From: Antedon mediterranea
Taxonomy: Eukaryota; Animalia; Echinodermata
DNA length: 64,000 bases
Assembly: GCF_964355755.1 (NCBI RefSeq)
Contig: NC_092671.1
Coordinates: forward strand, 25,742,070 to 25,806,069
Direction of reading: 5' to 3'
In this document: positions 24,581 through 39,800 of the stretch, piece after piece
How positions within the stretch are numbered: the stretch's first letter is position 1
Layout of the letters: each line of letters starts with the position of its first letter
The notes under the pieces: generated by a model
Told to the model about the DNA's origin: nothing
What the model saw: the letters and a program-made list of their open reading frames with translations, nothing else
The model's database searches: none
Translations under genes and position numbers: made by a program

Positions 24581-27049
24581 TTAAGGAAAAATGAAAATAG
24601 ACTATAGGTTCCCACACATTGGAAGTTTAATTACACTGTAGTTTCATTTACTCAATTTTTAAAATCGTAAATACATTTTATATTTAATTACAATCATTCA
24701 ACGTTTTCACGCTGCTGCTCTAGTAGCCCGCTACGTCCCATTAGGACTACTCAATCAGAAGCTAAAGCAAGCAGCAGTTATAGTTCTAAGGACGACAGTT
24801 TTGCGAAAATGGAAACTCAACTATAATTTATTGATTCCAGCTGCTACAGTAGACCCAAAAAAATTCTGGGAAAAGAGTCTATTAGGACATGTCATGCTAA
24901 AATTACAAATCCAACAGCATTTCTGGTATATTCACTGTCAGATATTCATTGAATTATTATCGAAACAGTCCATTAAAGTTTGTGTTTGTAATAGGATACT
25001 TCACACTTGAAATATCTAGGGTGATGAAGTGACCCCCAGACTTGACCTTAGCAATAAAATTAACTAAAGTGACAGAAATTGAGTATTCACTTCTCTAACA
25101 AAAAAATAATATTTATTCACATATAAAAAGAGAAAAGAAACCCAAAAACCATTGTCTGACAGACAATTTAAGTATTTGTTGCTTTAAATTACATTTTATC
25201 AAAATAAAAAAGAATAAAATAACTATTATGTGACAATAAAATGACACATTCAAAAACATTTGAAATACAAAATATTTTTCAATAAGCGAGCAGCGTTTTT
25301 TGTAAGAAATATTTCTTGTTTAATAGTGTATCGTTTTTATTCTGTCTTACACTAGTGTGACAAAAAATGTGTGATGTGCCCAAATATAGATGACGTCATC
25401 GTATCTATGGATACAGGTAGAGCTTTAGTTGACTCCTGCGCTGCTACGTAACACCAGTCAGTCTCTATAGTAAATATCCATCTACTCAAAAGGTGTGTCC
25501 GATTGTATAGTGCATAGTCGTAGCAATTGATAAAGTTCCATATTAATAATGTAGTGTTTATAACGATGAGCACAGATGGTTTAAGCATTGAAGAAACATT
25601 AACAATTTAGAATGATATTCAATTACATCATTTCGGATATACACATATCATTTTTTTTTCACGAATAAAGTTAACACATATCATACTATGTTTAATTTCT
25701 GTTTCCCCCAAAAAAATTGTTTTGATAAAAAAAATTTCATATTTAACATATATTTATGATATATTAATGAGAAAAACACACTCACACAGAGATATATAAG
25801 TAACGTACAATCAAATCGAATCATATTATTTTCCTTATTACGCCATTATAAAAGTCTTGGCCCATTTTTATAAAATGTTGTTTATTGCACAAAGACCACG
25901 CAATTATCAAATCGAATCAAAATTATTTTTCTTTTACAATATTGGTCCAAGAAATTGTTTTTAATAAAATATTGTTAACAAAATTACCACAGATGATTAC
26001 GAGGAAGAAATAAAACGAAACAATTTTGTTTATAACAAAAATACCACAAAATGATTGCCTGCAAGAAATAAAAATGAAAACAACAATAATTGTGTTTTGG
26101 TGTTTCACGACATTGGTCCGAAACATTGTTTGGATTAAATACCACAGTTGATTATTAATAGAAAGTATAATAAGTAATAGACATAGAATGTTTCGTAATT
26201 CTATAATAATGTTCCATCATTTTGTAACAGTTTTGACAATATTATTATCACTCATAGCTATTACACCAGTTTTGACAATATACGACATATTTACGACGGT
26301 TATTATCACTCTATAGCTATTACACGTCACCAGGTTTGATTTTAAACAAAACAATTACCGGATATTAAATTATGAGTTTTATTAAATTCTGATTTTTGTC
26401 AAATGTTAGTACTCATTTTCCCGCTAGGCCTAGTAATGTAAACCAACATGCATTGCATTACTACGGCCTTGGGGTGACTCGTATACTTGTCAATACCGAT
26501 CAATGTATTGTCATATCGTATGGTGACATCATTCACCTACCGCTGACAACATCACATCGAATGTGTCATCATCTCTGACATAGGTCTTCAACCCACTCTC
26601 AAAACAGATAACTGTTAATGACATTAGCTAATGAAAGAAATCTCAAATCCATAAAACATGAAAACACCTTTTTAGGAACACACTTCAGTGTGAACATGAA
26701 TCAAGACTGGAAATAATTCTGCAATAGAATTAAAATAGTTAGGTCTAATGAAAGAAAACAAAGAAAGTAGACAAATAGATTTTAGCTTTTGTGTTTGAAA
26801 AGTACAAAAAAAGTATAGGATTATACAAAGCGATTGGGCATACTCTAAAAACATGCCAAGTCAGATAAAAACAGAGTAATTAGTGTTATTGGTGACTGTG
26901 AATATATCGATTCATAATTTCTAATTAAGATAATTTTCTAATTAAGATAATTGTAATAGCTAATTTTACCTACAAACCACTTTCGATAAGTTAGTGAGAT
27001 CACGATGTGACACGCACATGCACAATAAACCTTTTACTGTTCCATCATT

Positions 27050-27225
27050 GTTTCAACGCGCTCGTACAAAAAAGCTACACTGTTTCATCAGGATTTGGAC
27101 GCGCGCGTACATAAAGCCGTATCGATTTATCAGCATTTGGACACGCGTGTACACAAAAGTTGTACCGTTTCATCAGCGTTTAGCCGCGCGCGTAAACGAA
27201 AGCCGTACTATTTCATCATTGCGGG
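27050..27225. repeat. Degenerate CpG-rich tandem repeat of about 43 bp, x4
   Basis: Units resembling tttcatcagcatttggacgcgcgcgtacataaagccgta. Confidence 0.7.
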
Positions 27226-28696
27226 CAGACCTTCTTTTAGACAAGGTTTAATAAGAGTTCATCCAACCATCGTCATTAGGGATGCATTGTCTCAATGTGT
27301 GCCACCAGAGATTTAATACACCACTGATTATCAGTATATTAATTTTATACTGAAATTTATTATACATGATGTGCACATGATTTAGGTAATCATAGTTTGA
27401 GGCAGTTCTACACAGCGAAAACAATCACCTGCATTAGTCTTCACTTTAGACTTCAGTAGTACTAGGTTATGCTTGCTTATATGCATTAACTTAACATGTA
27501 TTTAAATTAACAAAGTCTGTATATCACAAAAAAAAAACAATTAGTTGGATAAATGTTGTGCAATTTTGCTATATCCAATATAACTTTAGACCAAATAACT
27601 ATTAGACTAGACTAAATATTTTCAAAGCGTAAACGTGTTTGAATATTATTAAAACATGATTTAATATTAAACAGAATAAAAATCAATTTCTCAAAATTAA
27701 TGTTGTTGCATTGCATAATTTAGTCAGCATCTTCATCATTTATTTTTTACAATTGTGTCAATGATGGCTAATGATCTCGTCGGCTTTGAGAAGATCTTAA
27801 TTCTGTACTGTTGTACACAACTACTTTAAGTTCATGGGCCTTAAATACCATCTGTCAACTTAACAAATTTCATTATTTGGCATTCAGCTTTCATTGCCTC
27901 CTGTTTCACATAAACTTATGCTATCTACGTATCATCCAGAGGCATGACTCGAATAATATCTCCACTAGTATTAAATTCGTCTGTAAATTAGATAGTATGG
28001 TGATTAATTATTGCTTTAGTATAGTAATACATCCATATTGTATCAGGATAGTCAATGCAATTGAATATTGTCTATAATATATAGGGCATTAACGTTTACG
28101 CTCACAGTAAAGCAAGTGACTTTCTTAAATAAGTAGCTAATCAAATGTGAACGTCACTTTAGTCTATTAGCGATACTGCGTTTGTTTTACTTTGCTTAGA
28201 GTGATATTGTATATTTGTACAACAGTGTACTGTACGTTGAAAGTGCGTATACACTAACTAGTCCAAGCGCACATCATAATTTGTGATATTTAATTTGACG
28301 ATGGTTAGCTTTTATGATTATATGATTATGAATATTATGATTCGGGATGACCGGGTTGTTCGATATGCATTTTGAAAGTGTTCCCATTTACAATTGTATT
28401 GCCATAAATAGAATTTATCATAATAAAAGACGTTATTATAAAATAATGAAAGTTTATGTTAAAGGGAGAATGGTCATGGTTTGAGGGATTGACTGTTGAG
28501 AATAATCAGATGCACCACAGGAACAACACGAACCGTTCCCAGAATGTATTCCTATTATTAGCTATTATAAGTGGCACTTAGTTAATTAATCACCGCAAAT
28601 ATCATTTTATCGTCAACACAAGTTTGTAGAATGAACGTGTCTACTGAAATTAATGGAAGAAAGGATAGTAGATCGATTGATATCAATAACACTATT

Positions 28697-31090
28697 CACA
28701 CTAAAAAAAAAAGGTGCAAATCTCTACCTAAAAAGGTGCAAACCGATGCAACAATAGCAGCTCCCTTTAAGGTGCACAACTGCACCTTTGACGGAAGGTG
28801 CAATTTTGAACCCTGATAAAGGGTGCTATAATGCTCCTTTGGAGTTCACATTTGCACCATATAAGGTGTAATTTTCTACCCTAAAAGGTGCAAACTAAAT
28901 GCAACAATAGCAGCTCCCCAAAGGAGCAAAATTCAACCTCTAAATAAAGGTGCAACTTTACACCCTAATAAAAGGTTCAATAATGCTCCTCTAAGATTCA
29001 AATTTCTGTTAAAAAGGTGCACAAATAAAAATCACTAAAATACAAAAAATATTGATTAAGCTTTGTATAATTTTATTCAACTTTAAAACATTACATTATT
29101 CAATTCAACTGCTGAATTAATGGATGGCAATTACCAGTCTCTGCACCTTAAATAGAGTGTGGCCATCTCTTCTCAAACCAACAATAGGCCTATTGTTAAA
29201 ATTATCTAATGATGACATCTTTGGCAGTATTCTCTTCTTATCCCCATATATCTGAAACAGTGTTCTTGATGTCTGGTTCACCTTTTCCGAACATTTTCAC
29301 CTGATTATGTACTTTCCTAAAAAGCATGAAATAGGAAGGGAAACTATTATATTAATATTATCATTAATATGACAACATCATACAATACATTATTGACATT
29401 GTTCTGATTTTTAAAGTCAAATTACCTTGACCACATGCTTCACATACTTTAAAGTATGTTCCTCTCCCTTTCCTCAGCTCGTAGTATAGTAGGCCCTGTA
29501 TACTAGAGTATTACAGTACATGTGGTCACATTTCTTTCTCCTTTTCTGAACATCTTTATTGCTGCTGATTAGAGCAGAGGTGCTCTTTCATGTTTTAAAC
29601 TTATTTTATCCCTCCATGACATCATGTAGGCTGTAACTATAATTAAAAATAATGATAATGTGTATAAGAATTTAATATAGGCCTAGGCCTAATAATACCC
29701 AGCTACTGTAATAACTAATATTAATAATTAGGCCCCTGGCCTGCCTAGCTAGGCCTATTATTAATTATAGGCCTAGCCGGCTAGCTAGGCCTAGGACTGC
29801 TTTTAATTAAGTTTAAGGTCTAGGCCTGGGCCTAGTAGGCCGCCGCCTACCTAGTAAATAACCTAGGCATAGCTAGCCTATTATGCCTAACCTACTAGCT
29901 AGACCCAGGTAAGTAGGCTAGGCCTGGTCTAGCCCCCGCCCGAAAGGCTACTGTAGGCTAAGTAGGCCTCTAGACTGCCTACTTTAGGCTTAACCTAGCC
30001 TAGCTAGGCCTAATAGAGGCCGCATAGATAGGCTAGGTAGGATCGGAGGCCTCTAGCTAGCCTTATTTATTTATTTATTTAGCTAGGCCTATCATTTTTA
30101 AGTTTTATTTAGGCCTAGGCCTAGCCTAGGCTTATAGGCCTGGCCCTACTAGCCTAGGCCCTATACAATAATTAATCTAATAAAAACAACCAAACTACAT
30201 TCCTATAAAGCTTCGTTACTTACTTTTAACAGCTATCCTACACTGGAGAGGTGTGGGAGCTAGGCCTAGGCCTAGTTTAATTTTATAGCCTGATTTTTTT
30301 GGGCGCAAACTCCTCAATTCAAACTGCATGTTTAACAACCGCACGCGCTTAAAATTATTGTTCAATTCCTGTTTCAAATAAATTTAGAACAGATGCCTAC
30401 ATTATGATATTAGATATTCTAATAATATTGTTAAATATGAAAGAAAAGTTTACTTATTCTAGACTTAAGCAAACCAGAGTAAATAACCTCTGAAATTCAA
30501 TATTTTAACAATTGTTTACAGACATCTTGCGTGCGCATACGGTACGAAACTTGTACAAAAATTGTACAAAAAGGTGCTATTATGCACCTTTTAACTGATG
30601 TTAAACCTTATAGGGTGCCCAGTTGAACCTTTGAATTTATCATGTTAAAGGTATTTAATTTTCAGTTACAAGCCAGCGACTTTCTAATGTTCCGTAAAAA
30701 AAAGATTTGTTCGAATTCCGATAGCTGTCCCCACCACAAACCTATCTATATTATTATTAATCTTTCTTATTTTTGTTTTAACTTACCACAATAATGTCAT
30801 TCTAAAAAAAATGTTCTTATCATCACCTTTTAAGCTTTTAGAAGCCCTAAGTTAAACATATCAAGAAGCGTTCATTAATCTAATAGGTCTTATTTGTCAC
30901 ACAGTCACCATGGCCTACTTGGGCCTTTGCGGTGCAGTTCTGCACCTTTTTATACTTGTCTGCATTTTTCGATATAAAAGGTGCAAAAATAAACCTTTTA
31001 TGAACTCTGCACCATTTTATGAGAAAAAGGCGCAAATTAGCACCCTTTTATAGGTTTGCACCTTTTATTGCACCTTTAGTTTTAAGTGTG
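28697..31090. mobile_element. Non-autonomous CACTA/EnSpm (CMC)-like DNA transposon, about 2.4 kb
   Basis: tt|CACACTAAAA ... TTTTAAGTGTG|tt gives CAC termini and a 2-bp TSD. Many subterminal AAGGTGCA/TGCACCTT motifs occur at both ends. Confidence 0.8.
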
Positions 31091-32736
31091 TTGATTCAAA
31101 TTCTCAATATGGAATAAGTTTCTATAGCCTACTTGTAACAGGATTTTCTTAAACACAATGGATTGTACACGCTCTCTTATTATCTTAGTTAAAAGTTACT
31201 CTTGTGGCTAGTATTTCGTTTTCTGTTATAAATATAAACCGTTCCTTTAAACCTATCGTGTATATACATTGGACTTGTATAGTTAACTATACGAAGGTAT
31301 TTTAGCACACGAGTACTTACGACCGGCGTTTCGGTTGAAATCTAACTTGGATGTGATGTGATTCGAATTAGCTTCGTGTGAACCCATCACCATCGTCAAA
31401 CCCAATTCACAAATCAACCTATCTTAATAAGGCAAGTAGTGTGTTTGCCTATCTTTATCGGCCTATATATATATTATAGTGAGCGTTTCTCTACATCGGG
31501 GTCTGGGGACTACCCCTATATTAACTCATGTAATGCACTCAAAATACAGGCAACAAACTACAAATGAAATTGTAACGTCATTTAGAAATCATAAAAACTC
31601 ATCCGATTGAGTTTGGTAATAATCATATCGCATTAGAACTCGTTAGCATTAACACAATTAATGCGGTCGTCACAGCTGATGTTATCTATCGTATTCACGT
31701 TAACATGGTAGCCACTATACCACATGGGCCTGTTTGATGCTCATGTCATTATCATACGCGAACTTCATATGAAGTCTCTTTTCTACTATACTTAGAATCT
31801 CTTCTTTGGAACACACCCTATTCTAGGAACATTCCTATTAAGGAAATGCTTACTAATGTCTTAATATTAGAAACTTTTTATTACGCAATAAAACGTCTAC
31901 TTTTAAAACGTCCTATTCCGGGAATCTCCTATTAATGGAAAAGAATGGAGGGAAAATTATGTCTTCAGCCAACACCTATTCAGAAGGAACCCCTATTCAG
32001 CGTTACCGTTCTGTGAAAAGAAAAATGGAGCAATGTTTTAAAACCCTGCACCCGACTGCGGCCATTATACGTATATTCAGAGGATACTTTGGGGTTCTAC
32101 AGGCCTATTTCAAAGCCAAGCTCCATCTAACCGATAATCTTAAACAATACAATAAATAAATAATATTTAAACAAAACGTTATGACCTACTCATCAACATA
32201 ATAATGGATAAAGTAAGTTCTTTCAATTTGTAAATACAAGCAGTATATTATTGCTATTACTAAAAAATACTGTATTTATACACTCATTATAATTGTTCAA
32301 AATTAAAGTGACGCTCATCTAGGAGATGAAACATAATTATGCTTTTCTATAATTTAACTACCACCCAAGAGAGCATTTTTATTTTTAATATTTCACATTT
32401 CAAACGGTCCAATAAGCATTCTTCATAAACTGTTCACTAAACCAGATAGTTCCATAATTAACATAGAACCATGTGAATAATAAATGTCACAATGACAATT
32501 TATAGAAACTGGGGACTTATTTTAAACAAATTCCATTCTTGCAGCAGACGTTTTAAGTAAAATAATAGTGAAGAGAAAATAATATGTATGTGAAGTTAAA
32601 CCGAATGTTAGTTACTTAAGTTAAGTCGAGTGCACGTTATAATGTTTTAAGATATAGGCATATTCTCCGACAGACATAAATAAAAATGGTTACATATTAT
32701 GCAGTTATAATTTTAATTATTAACCAAAACTGACAC

Positions 32737-33225
32737 TTAAAGACTAACACTAATAATAGTCAATATCGGTATCCCTTAGATTACTACTAACACTGATCTC
32801 TATCGTTATTCTCCAGTTAAAGACTAACACCAATAATGGTCAATATCGGTATTCCACAGACTACCACTAACAGTGATCTCAATTGTTATTCTCCAGTTAA
32901 AGATTAACACCAATACTGGTAAATATCGGTATTCCACAGACTACCACTAATAGTGATCTCAATCATTTTTCTTCAGTTAAAGACTAACACTAATAATGGT
33001 CAGTATCGGTATCCCTTAGATTACTACTAACACTGATCTGTATCGTTATTCTCCAGTTAAAGACTAACACCAATAATGGTCAATATCGGTATTCCACAGA
33101 CTACCACTAACACTGATCTCAATTGTTATTCTCCATTTAAAGACTACCACCAATAATATCCATTATCGGTATTCCCCAGATTAACAGATGGCCTATCTAT
33201 TGTTATTCTACAGTTAAGACAAACG
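32737..33225 (+). repeat. 80-bp tandem array, about 6 copies
   Basis: ttaaaga.ta starts at 32737, 32817, 32897, 32977, 33057 and 33137. Confidence 0.92.
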
Positions 33226-33869
33226 CTGATAACGGTCTGTACCGCCGGGTGAACAGGAGCGATTTTTTTCGGTACGGGTGTTCCTCCATCGGTTCGTTTC
33301 GCCTTTTGGTACAACGTAAACGTGCAAACCGTAAATATGATTGTTAGGTACGTCTAAGTTATAATAAGCCTACAATTTTTTTTTTGCGGTTAAATTGTCA
33401 ACAATTACATGACAAAAAAACAAACCATAAACACCAAAACCATAACATAAATCGGAATTATTATTTAATATTTTGAATATCAAATCTTATCATATTTTTG
33501 TTAATTTACATTTTGTATTACTTGTAATACGGCCAAGTTTAATAATTTCATCGATCTGTGTTAATGACCTAATTATGTATCCGTTTAATAAGAGGTTAGT
33601 GACCCTTACTTTGACTGCATTCATTAAAAACATGAATATTAATAAACGTTTCGCGATACATAGAGACAATTGATTTGGAAAATCATTCCGACTCAATTCT
33701 CTATGAAAAAGCATTAAAACAACGCTTCTTGCTACTTTTACCATTTTTGTAGACTTGCTTGATTTAGCTCTGGGCTGGATCAGTGCATATTTGGATTGGT
33801 TTTTATTTTATAATTGTCTTTGTTCCCTCGGTAGTTGGTGAACCATTTATCATAACACTTTGATTGCCA

Positions 33870-34290
33870 TACTAACATACGAAGCGTAAAGTTCGTCTAA
33901 CGGACACATCTACGAACAAAAATGAATTTAATTTCGTTCGTAGAGATATTAAATTTCTTGATCCAGTAAGAAATTCTATTCTAAAATGTTATTAAATTTC
34001 ATATTCATGTTTTATAGTTATAAATGTGATTTTGCCTAAAGGAAAAATAATATCAATGCTTCTATTAATTAAATTCTATGTAAATTATTCATACTACTAA
34101 AACATATGAAGCGACACGGACCATGTACGGAAAAAGTGAATTTCATTTCATTTGGAGGCGATTAAATGTTATGATCTAATCTATTCTTAAAATATTAAAT
34201 TCCATATTCATGTTTTATAGTTATAAATGTGATTGTGCCTAAAGGAAAAATAGTATCAATGCGTATAATAATTCAATTCTATGTAAATTG
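33870..34290. repeat. Diverged tandem duplication of about 200-220 bp
   Basis: catattcatgttttatagttataaatgtgatt.tgcctaaaggaaaaata and its flanks occur twice. Confidence 0.8.
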
Positions 34291-34601
34291 TTGGTGATAA
34301 ATTTGTTAATGTCGTATTTAATGTAATTCTAAAAATAAAATAGATCAATTAGCCTAGTAATATCATCGATTTCATAATTTCTTCTGTGACTTATGTATTC
34401 GTGTATAACTTACATTGTATATGGTTCTATAATAAGGTCTATAGTCGTAAAACTAGTACTGAGAACATGAAAAATAAATAGGAATAAAATCAAACACTCC
34501 GCTATTATGCAGTTTTAACAAAAGAGAAACCAAGAAAACTAATGATTCAAATCTGACAATATAATTCCGGTTGAGTTTCCCTCTTAATACGGGTTATTTA
34601 A

Positions 34602-35124
34602 AGATGTATTGTCCCTTTAAACACAAAAAAATGAAGGTCAAAATATTCTAAATGTAAAGTGGCCATATCAAAGTAATATTAAAGTTATTCACTTTTAGTC
34701 GAAAATTTGAGCCAAAAACAACAAGTTTACGTAATTAACAGGTAAATTAGTTTGATTACATTTCATCTGGAAAATCGTTACGAGCGAAAGTAAACAAAGA
34801 TTTCAAACCATGAGTACGCATTATGCATATGCTAAATTAGGATTGTTTACAACTCGTCACGGTTAAGAAGGTATTTTCACACAGATCATGAGGAAGTTTT
34901 ATGATTATGCATACAGAGTAGCCAAACAAGCGCATTTCATTATGGGATATGTTTTGATTGAAAACTTTGACTGGAAGTCAAAGTTATTTTTTTAACAAAA
35001 AAACGTCTGTATTTTAAATTTTTGGTGATAGTTAATAACTATTATGATACTTCGAAATGACCCACCTTTTTTCGAAATCTTTTATTTTTTATTTTTTGGA
35101 ATTAGTCAAAGGGACAATACATCT
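34602..35124. mobile_element. Kolobok-like MITE, 523 bp
   Basis: TTAA|AGATGTATTGTCCCTTT ... AAAGGGACAATACATCT|TTAA gives a 17-bp perfect TIR, purine-purine termini and a TTAA TSD. Confidence 0.85.
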
Positions 35125-35610
35125 TTAACTGAAGAATAATGATTGAGATCACTGTTAGTGGTAGTCTGTGGAATACCGATATTGACCATTATTGGTGTTA
35201 GTCTTTAACTGGAGAATAACGATAGAGATCACTCTTAGAGGTAGTCTGAGGGATACCGATATTGAACATTATTGGTGTTAGTCTTTAACTGGAGAATAAT
35301 GGTAGAGATCACTCTTAGAGGTAGTCTGAGGGATACCGATATTGAACATTATTAGTGTTAGTCTTTAACTGAAGAATAATGATTGAGATCACTATTAGTG
35401 GTAGTCTGTGGAATACCGATATTGACCAGTATTGGTGTTAATCTTTAAATGGAGAATAACAATTGAGATCACTGTTAGTGGTAGTGTGGAATACCGATAT
35501 TGACCATTATTGGTGTGGAGAATAACAATTGAGATCAATGTTAGTGGTATCTGATGGTTACCGATATTGAACATTATTGGTAATGTTAGTCTTTTACTGG
35601 AGTAATCCAA
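35125..35610 (-). repeat. 80-bp tandem array, about 6 copies, reverse complement of the 32737-33225 family
   Basis: Units ...gaataccgatattgaccattattggtgttagtctttaactgg. Confidence 0.92.
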
Positions 35611-36850
35611 TATAGTGTTACTTTAGAATACCAAAAGAGCATCAAACTACATAATTTTAAACTCAAAGCACAATTTATTAACTACACTAAGAAATGTAAA
35701 GCAATCAACTTAATTAATTAATCATGCGCAACTCGATATATTTTGTGCACACCAGAGGAGTGTGCTGTAGCTTAGACAACTTAGGCCTCACGAACTTGGC
35801 CAATATTTTAATTAGTGAACATAATCCTGCAAGTAGAAACTTAATAAACGATAGTTCGTATAACCATGATATATCTTATTTAATAAGGTACGTTTATCTG
35901 AGAGGCATCGTAATCAGAATCACAAAACGATCGTTTGCTAGCTCCACATATCATTCAAGCTCATATTTAAATGAATTAGGATCGCAAACCCAGTTACCAA
36001 ACGAACACTAATTGATTTATCTGCGAGAAATATCAACATAAATCACATATTTCTCCACATATAGAATTACATTTCTATCGTAATTCAACATGCAATATTA
36101 TTATGAAGAAATATTGACTTTTAGCTCGATGATTGTTTTCACTTATGAACTACCAACACAGTGTCACACTTTTTTAAACATTATTAAAATGTTAATAAAA
36201 ACCATTAATAAATAAAAACGACATCTAACCAATTCTTGGAAGACGTTTTTATTTATTGCCTATTGACACGATATGTCTATTGACCCGATTCTTTCTTTTG
36301 TTAAAAAAACAGTCAAAACTGTGCCCGGATGTTTTACGCGAATCACGGATGATGGAGCGAACAAAGCAAAAATCTTACAAAGACAATGAGTGGGAAATTA
36401 AACGTCGAGAAGACAAAGAAAAACATATGAAGGTCTATTTATGATAATTATCATGATGGTCGTGATAATAATGATAAAGATGACATGGGGTAGCAATATT
36501 GTTACTGATAGGAAAGTTGTTGTTGGTGATGAATGTTGTTGGTGATGATAATGACAGTGGTGTTAGAATTACTGTTGATAACTGTGTGCTTTTTTGGAGG
36601 AATGTTATATATTTTACAGTACTGGTTGACCAGTCCTGGTCAATAATAATTATTTATGTCAGATTTTTAAAAAAATTAATGGTATTATTGGTGATGTTAG
36701 TGGAATAGAAATAATTTGTGATGATTGTACAGTTATTGAATATGATGATAATGATATTTGTTGGTGCCAGTGGCGGTGGTGGTAGACATATGTTGACAAC
36801 TGTAAAGTGTTGTTTATGATGACGAGGGTAGTGTTTGTTATAATAGCTGT

Positions 36851-39800
36851 GGTGGTATAGACACTGTTTATGAGGTGTCATCTCGATAATAACTGTAGAT
36901 GATGGAGAGTGTATGATGAAGGTGATAATGGTAGTAGTGGTGGTATGGACATTGTTTATGAGGTATCATCTCGATGATAACTGTAGATGATGGAGAGTGT
37001 ATGATGAAGGTGATAATGGTAGTAGTGGTGGTATGGACATTGTTTATGAGGTATCATCTCGATGATAACTGTAGATGATGGAGAGTGTATGATGAAGGTG
37101 ATAATGGTAGTAGTGGTGGTATGGACATTGTTTATGAGGTATCATCTCGATGATAACTGTAGATGATGGAGAGTGTATGATGAAGGTGATAATGGTAGTG
37201 GTTGTATAGACATTGTTTATGAGGTATCATCTCGATGATAACTGTAGATGATGGAGAGTGTATGATGAAGGTGATAATGGTAGTAGTTGTATAGACATTG
37301 TTTATGAGGTATCATCTCGATGATAACTGTAGATGATGGAAAGTGTATGATGAAGGTGATAATGGTAGTGGTGGTATAGACACTGTTTATGATGTGTCAT
37401 CTCGATGATAACTGTAGATGATGGAGAGTGTATGATGAAGGTGATAATGGTAGTGGTGGTATGGACATTGTTTATGAGGTATCATCTCGATGATAACTGT
37501 AGATGATGGAGAGTGTATGGTGAAGGTGATAATGGTAGTGGTGGTATAGACATTGTTTATGAGGTATCATCTCGATGATAACTGTAGATGATGGAGAGTG
37601 TATGGTGAAGGTGATAATGGTAGTAGTGATATGGACATTGTTTATGAGGTATCATCTCGATGATAACTGTAGATGATGGAGAGTGTATGATGAAGGTGAT
37701 AATGGTAGTAGTGGTGGTATGGACATTGTTTATGAGGTATCATCTCGATGATAACTGTAGATGATGGAGAGTGTATGGTGAAGGTGATAATGGTAGTGGT
37801 GGTATAGACACTGTTTATGATGTGTCATCTCGATGATAACTGTAGATGATGGGAAGTGTAAAATGAAGGTGATAATGGTAGTAGTGGTATGGACATTGTT
37901 TATGAGGTATCATCTCGATGATAACTGTAGATGATGGAGAGTGTATGGTGAAGGTGATAATGGTAGTGGTGGTATAGACATTGTTTATGAGGTATCATCT
38001 CGATGATAACTGTAGATGATGGAGAGTGACTGGTGATGGTGATAATGGTAGTGGTGGTATAGACATTGTTTATGAGGTATCATCTCGATGATAACTGTAG
38101 ATGATGGAGAGTGTATGATGAAGGTGATAATGGTAGTAGTTGTATAGACATTGTTTATGAGGTATCATCTCGATGATAACTGTAGATGATGGAGAGTGTA
38201 TGGTGAAGGTGATAATGGTAGTGGTGGTATAGACATTGTTTATGAGGTATCATCTCGATGATAACTGTAGATGATGGAGAGTGTATGATGAAGGTGATAA
38301 TGGTAGTAGTGGTGGTATGGACATTGTTTATGAGGTATCATCTCGATGATAACTGTAGATGATGGAGAGTGTATGGTGAAGGTGATAATGGTAGTAGTGA
38401 TATGGACATTGTTTATGAGGTATCATCTCGATGATAACTGTAGATGATGGAGAGTGTATGATGAAGGTGATAATGGTAGTAGTGGTGGTATGGACATTGT
38501 TTATGAGGTATCATCTCGATGATAACTGTAGATGATGGAGAGTGTATGGTGAAGGTGATAATGGTAGTGGTGGTATAGACACTGTTTATGATGTGTCATC
38601 TCGATGATAACTGTAGATGATGGGAAGTGTAAAATGAAGGTGATAATGGTAGTAGTGGTATGGACATTGTTTATGAGGTATCATCTCGATGATAACTGTA
38701 GATGATGGAGAGTGTATGGTGAAGGTGATAATGGTAGTGGTGGTATAGACATTGTTTATGAGGTATCATCTCGATGATAACTGTAGATGATGGAGAGTGA
38801 CTGGTGATGGTGATAATGGTAGTGGTGGTATAGACATTGTTTATGAGGTATCATCTCGATGATAACTGTAGATGATGGAGAGTGTATGATGAAGGTGATA
38901 ATGGTAGTAGTTGTATAGACATTGTTTATGAGGTATCATCTCGATGATAACTGTAGATGATGGAGAGTGTATGGTGAAGGTGATAATGGTAGTAGTGGTG
39001 GTATAGACACTGTTTATGAGGTATCATCTCGATGATAACTGTAGATGATGGAGAGTGACTGGTGATGGTGATAATGGTAGTGGTGGTATAGACATTGTTT
39101 ATGAGGTATCATCTCGATGATAACTGTAGATGATGGAGAGTGACTGGTGAAGGTGATAATGGTAGTGGTGATATGGACATTGTTTATGAGGTATCATCTC
39201 GATGATAACTGTAGATGATGGAGAGTGTATGATGAAGGTGATAATGGTAGTAGTGGTGGTATGGACATTGTTTATGAGGTATCATCTCGATGATAACTGT
39301 AGATGATGGAGAGTGTATGATGAAGGTGATAATGGTAGTGGTTGTATAGACATTGTTTATGAGGTATCATCTCGATGATAACTGTAGATGATGGAGAGTG
39401 TATGATGAAGGTGATAATGGTAGTAGTTGTATAGACATTGTTTATGAGGTATCATCTCGATGATAACTGTAGATGATGGAAAGTGTATGATGAAGGTGAT
39501 AATGGTAGTAGTGGTATAGACATTGTTTATGAGGTATCATCTCGATGATAACTGTAGATGATGGAGAGTGTATGGTGAAGGTGATAATGGTAGTGGTGGT
39601 ATAGACACTGTTTATGAGGTATCATCTCGATGATAACTGTAGATGATGGAGAGTGTATGGTGAAGGTGATAATGGTAGTAGTGATATGGACATTGTTTAT
39701 GAGGTATCATCTCGATGATAACTGTAGATGATGGAGAGTGTATGATGAAGGTGATAATGGTAGTAGTGGTGGTATGGACATTGTTTATGAGGTATCATCT

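Noticed and set aside
23754-24615. Repeat-protein ORFs (MFKMKKFFYKRCSHDYN)n
   Set aside because: By-product of a 51-bp repeat, broken by frameshifts, with no splice support.
32737-35610. Foldback (FB-like) transposon with tandem-repeat TIRs
   Set aside because: The degenerate ends are not mirror-symmetric and no outer TSD is visible. An inversion of one array explains the layout better.
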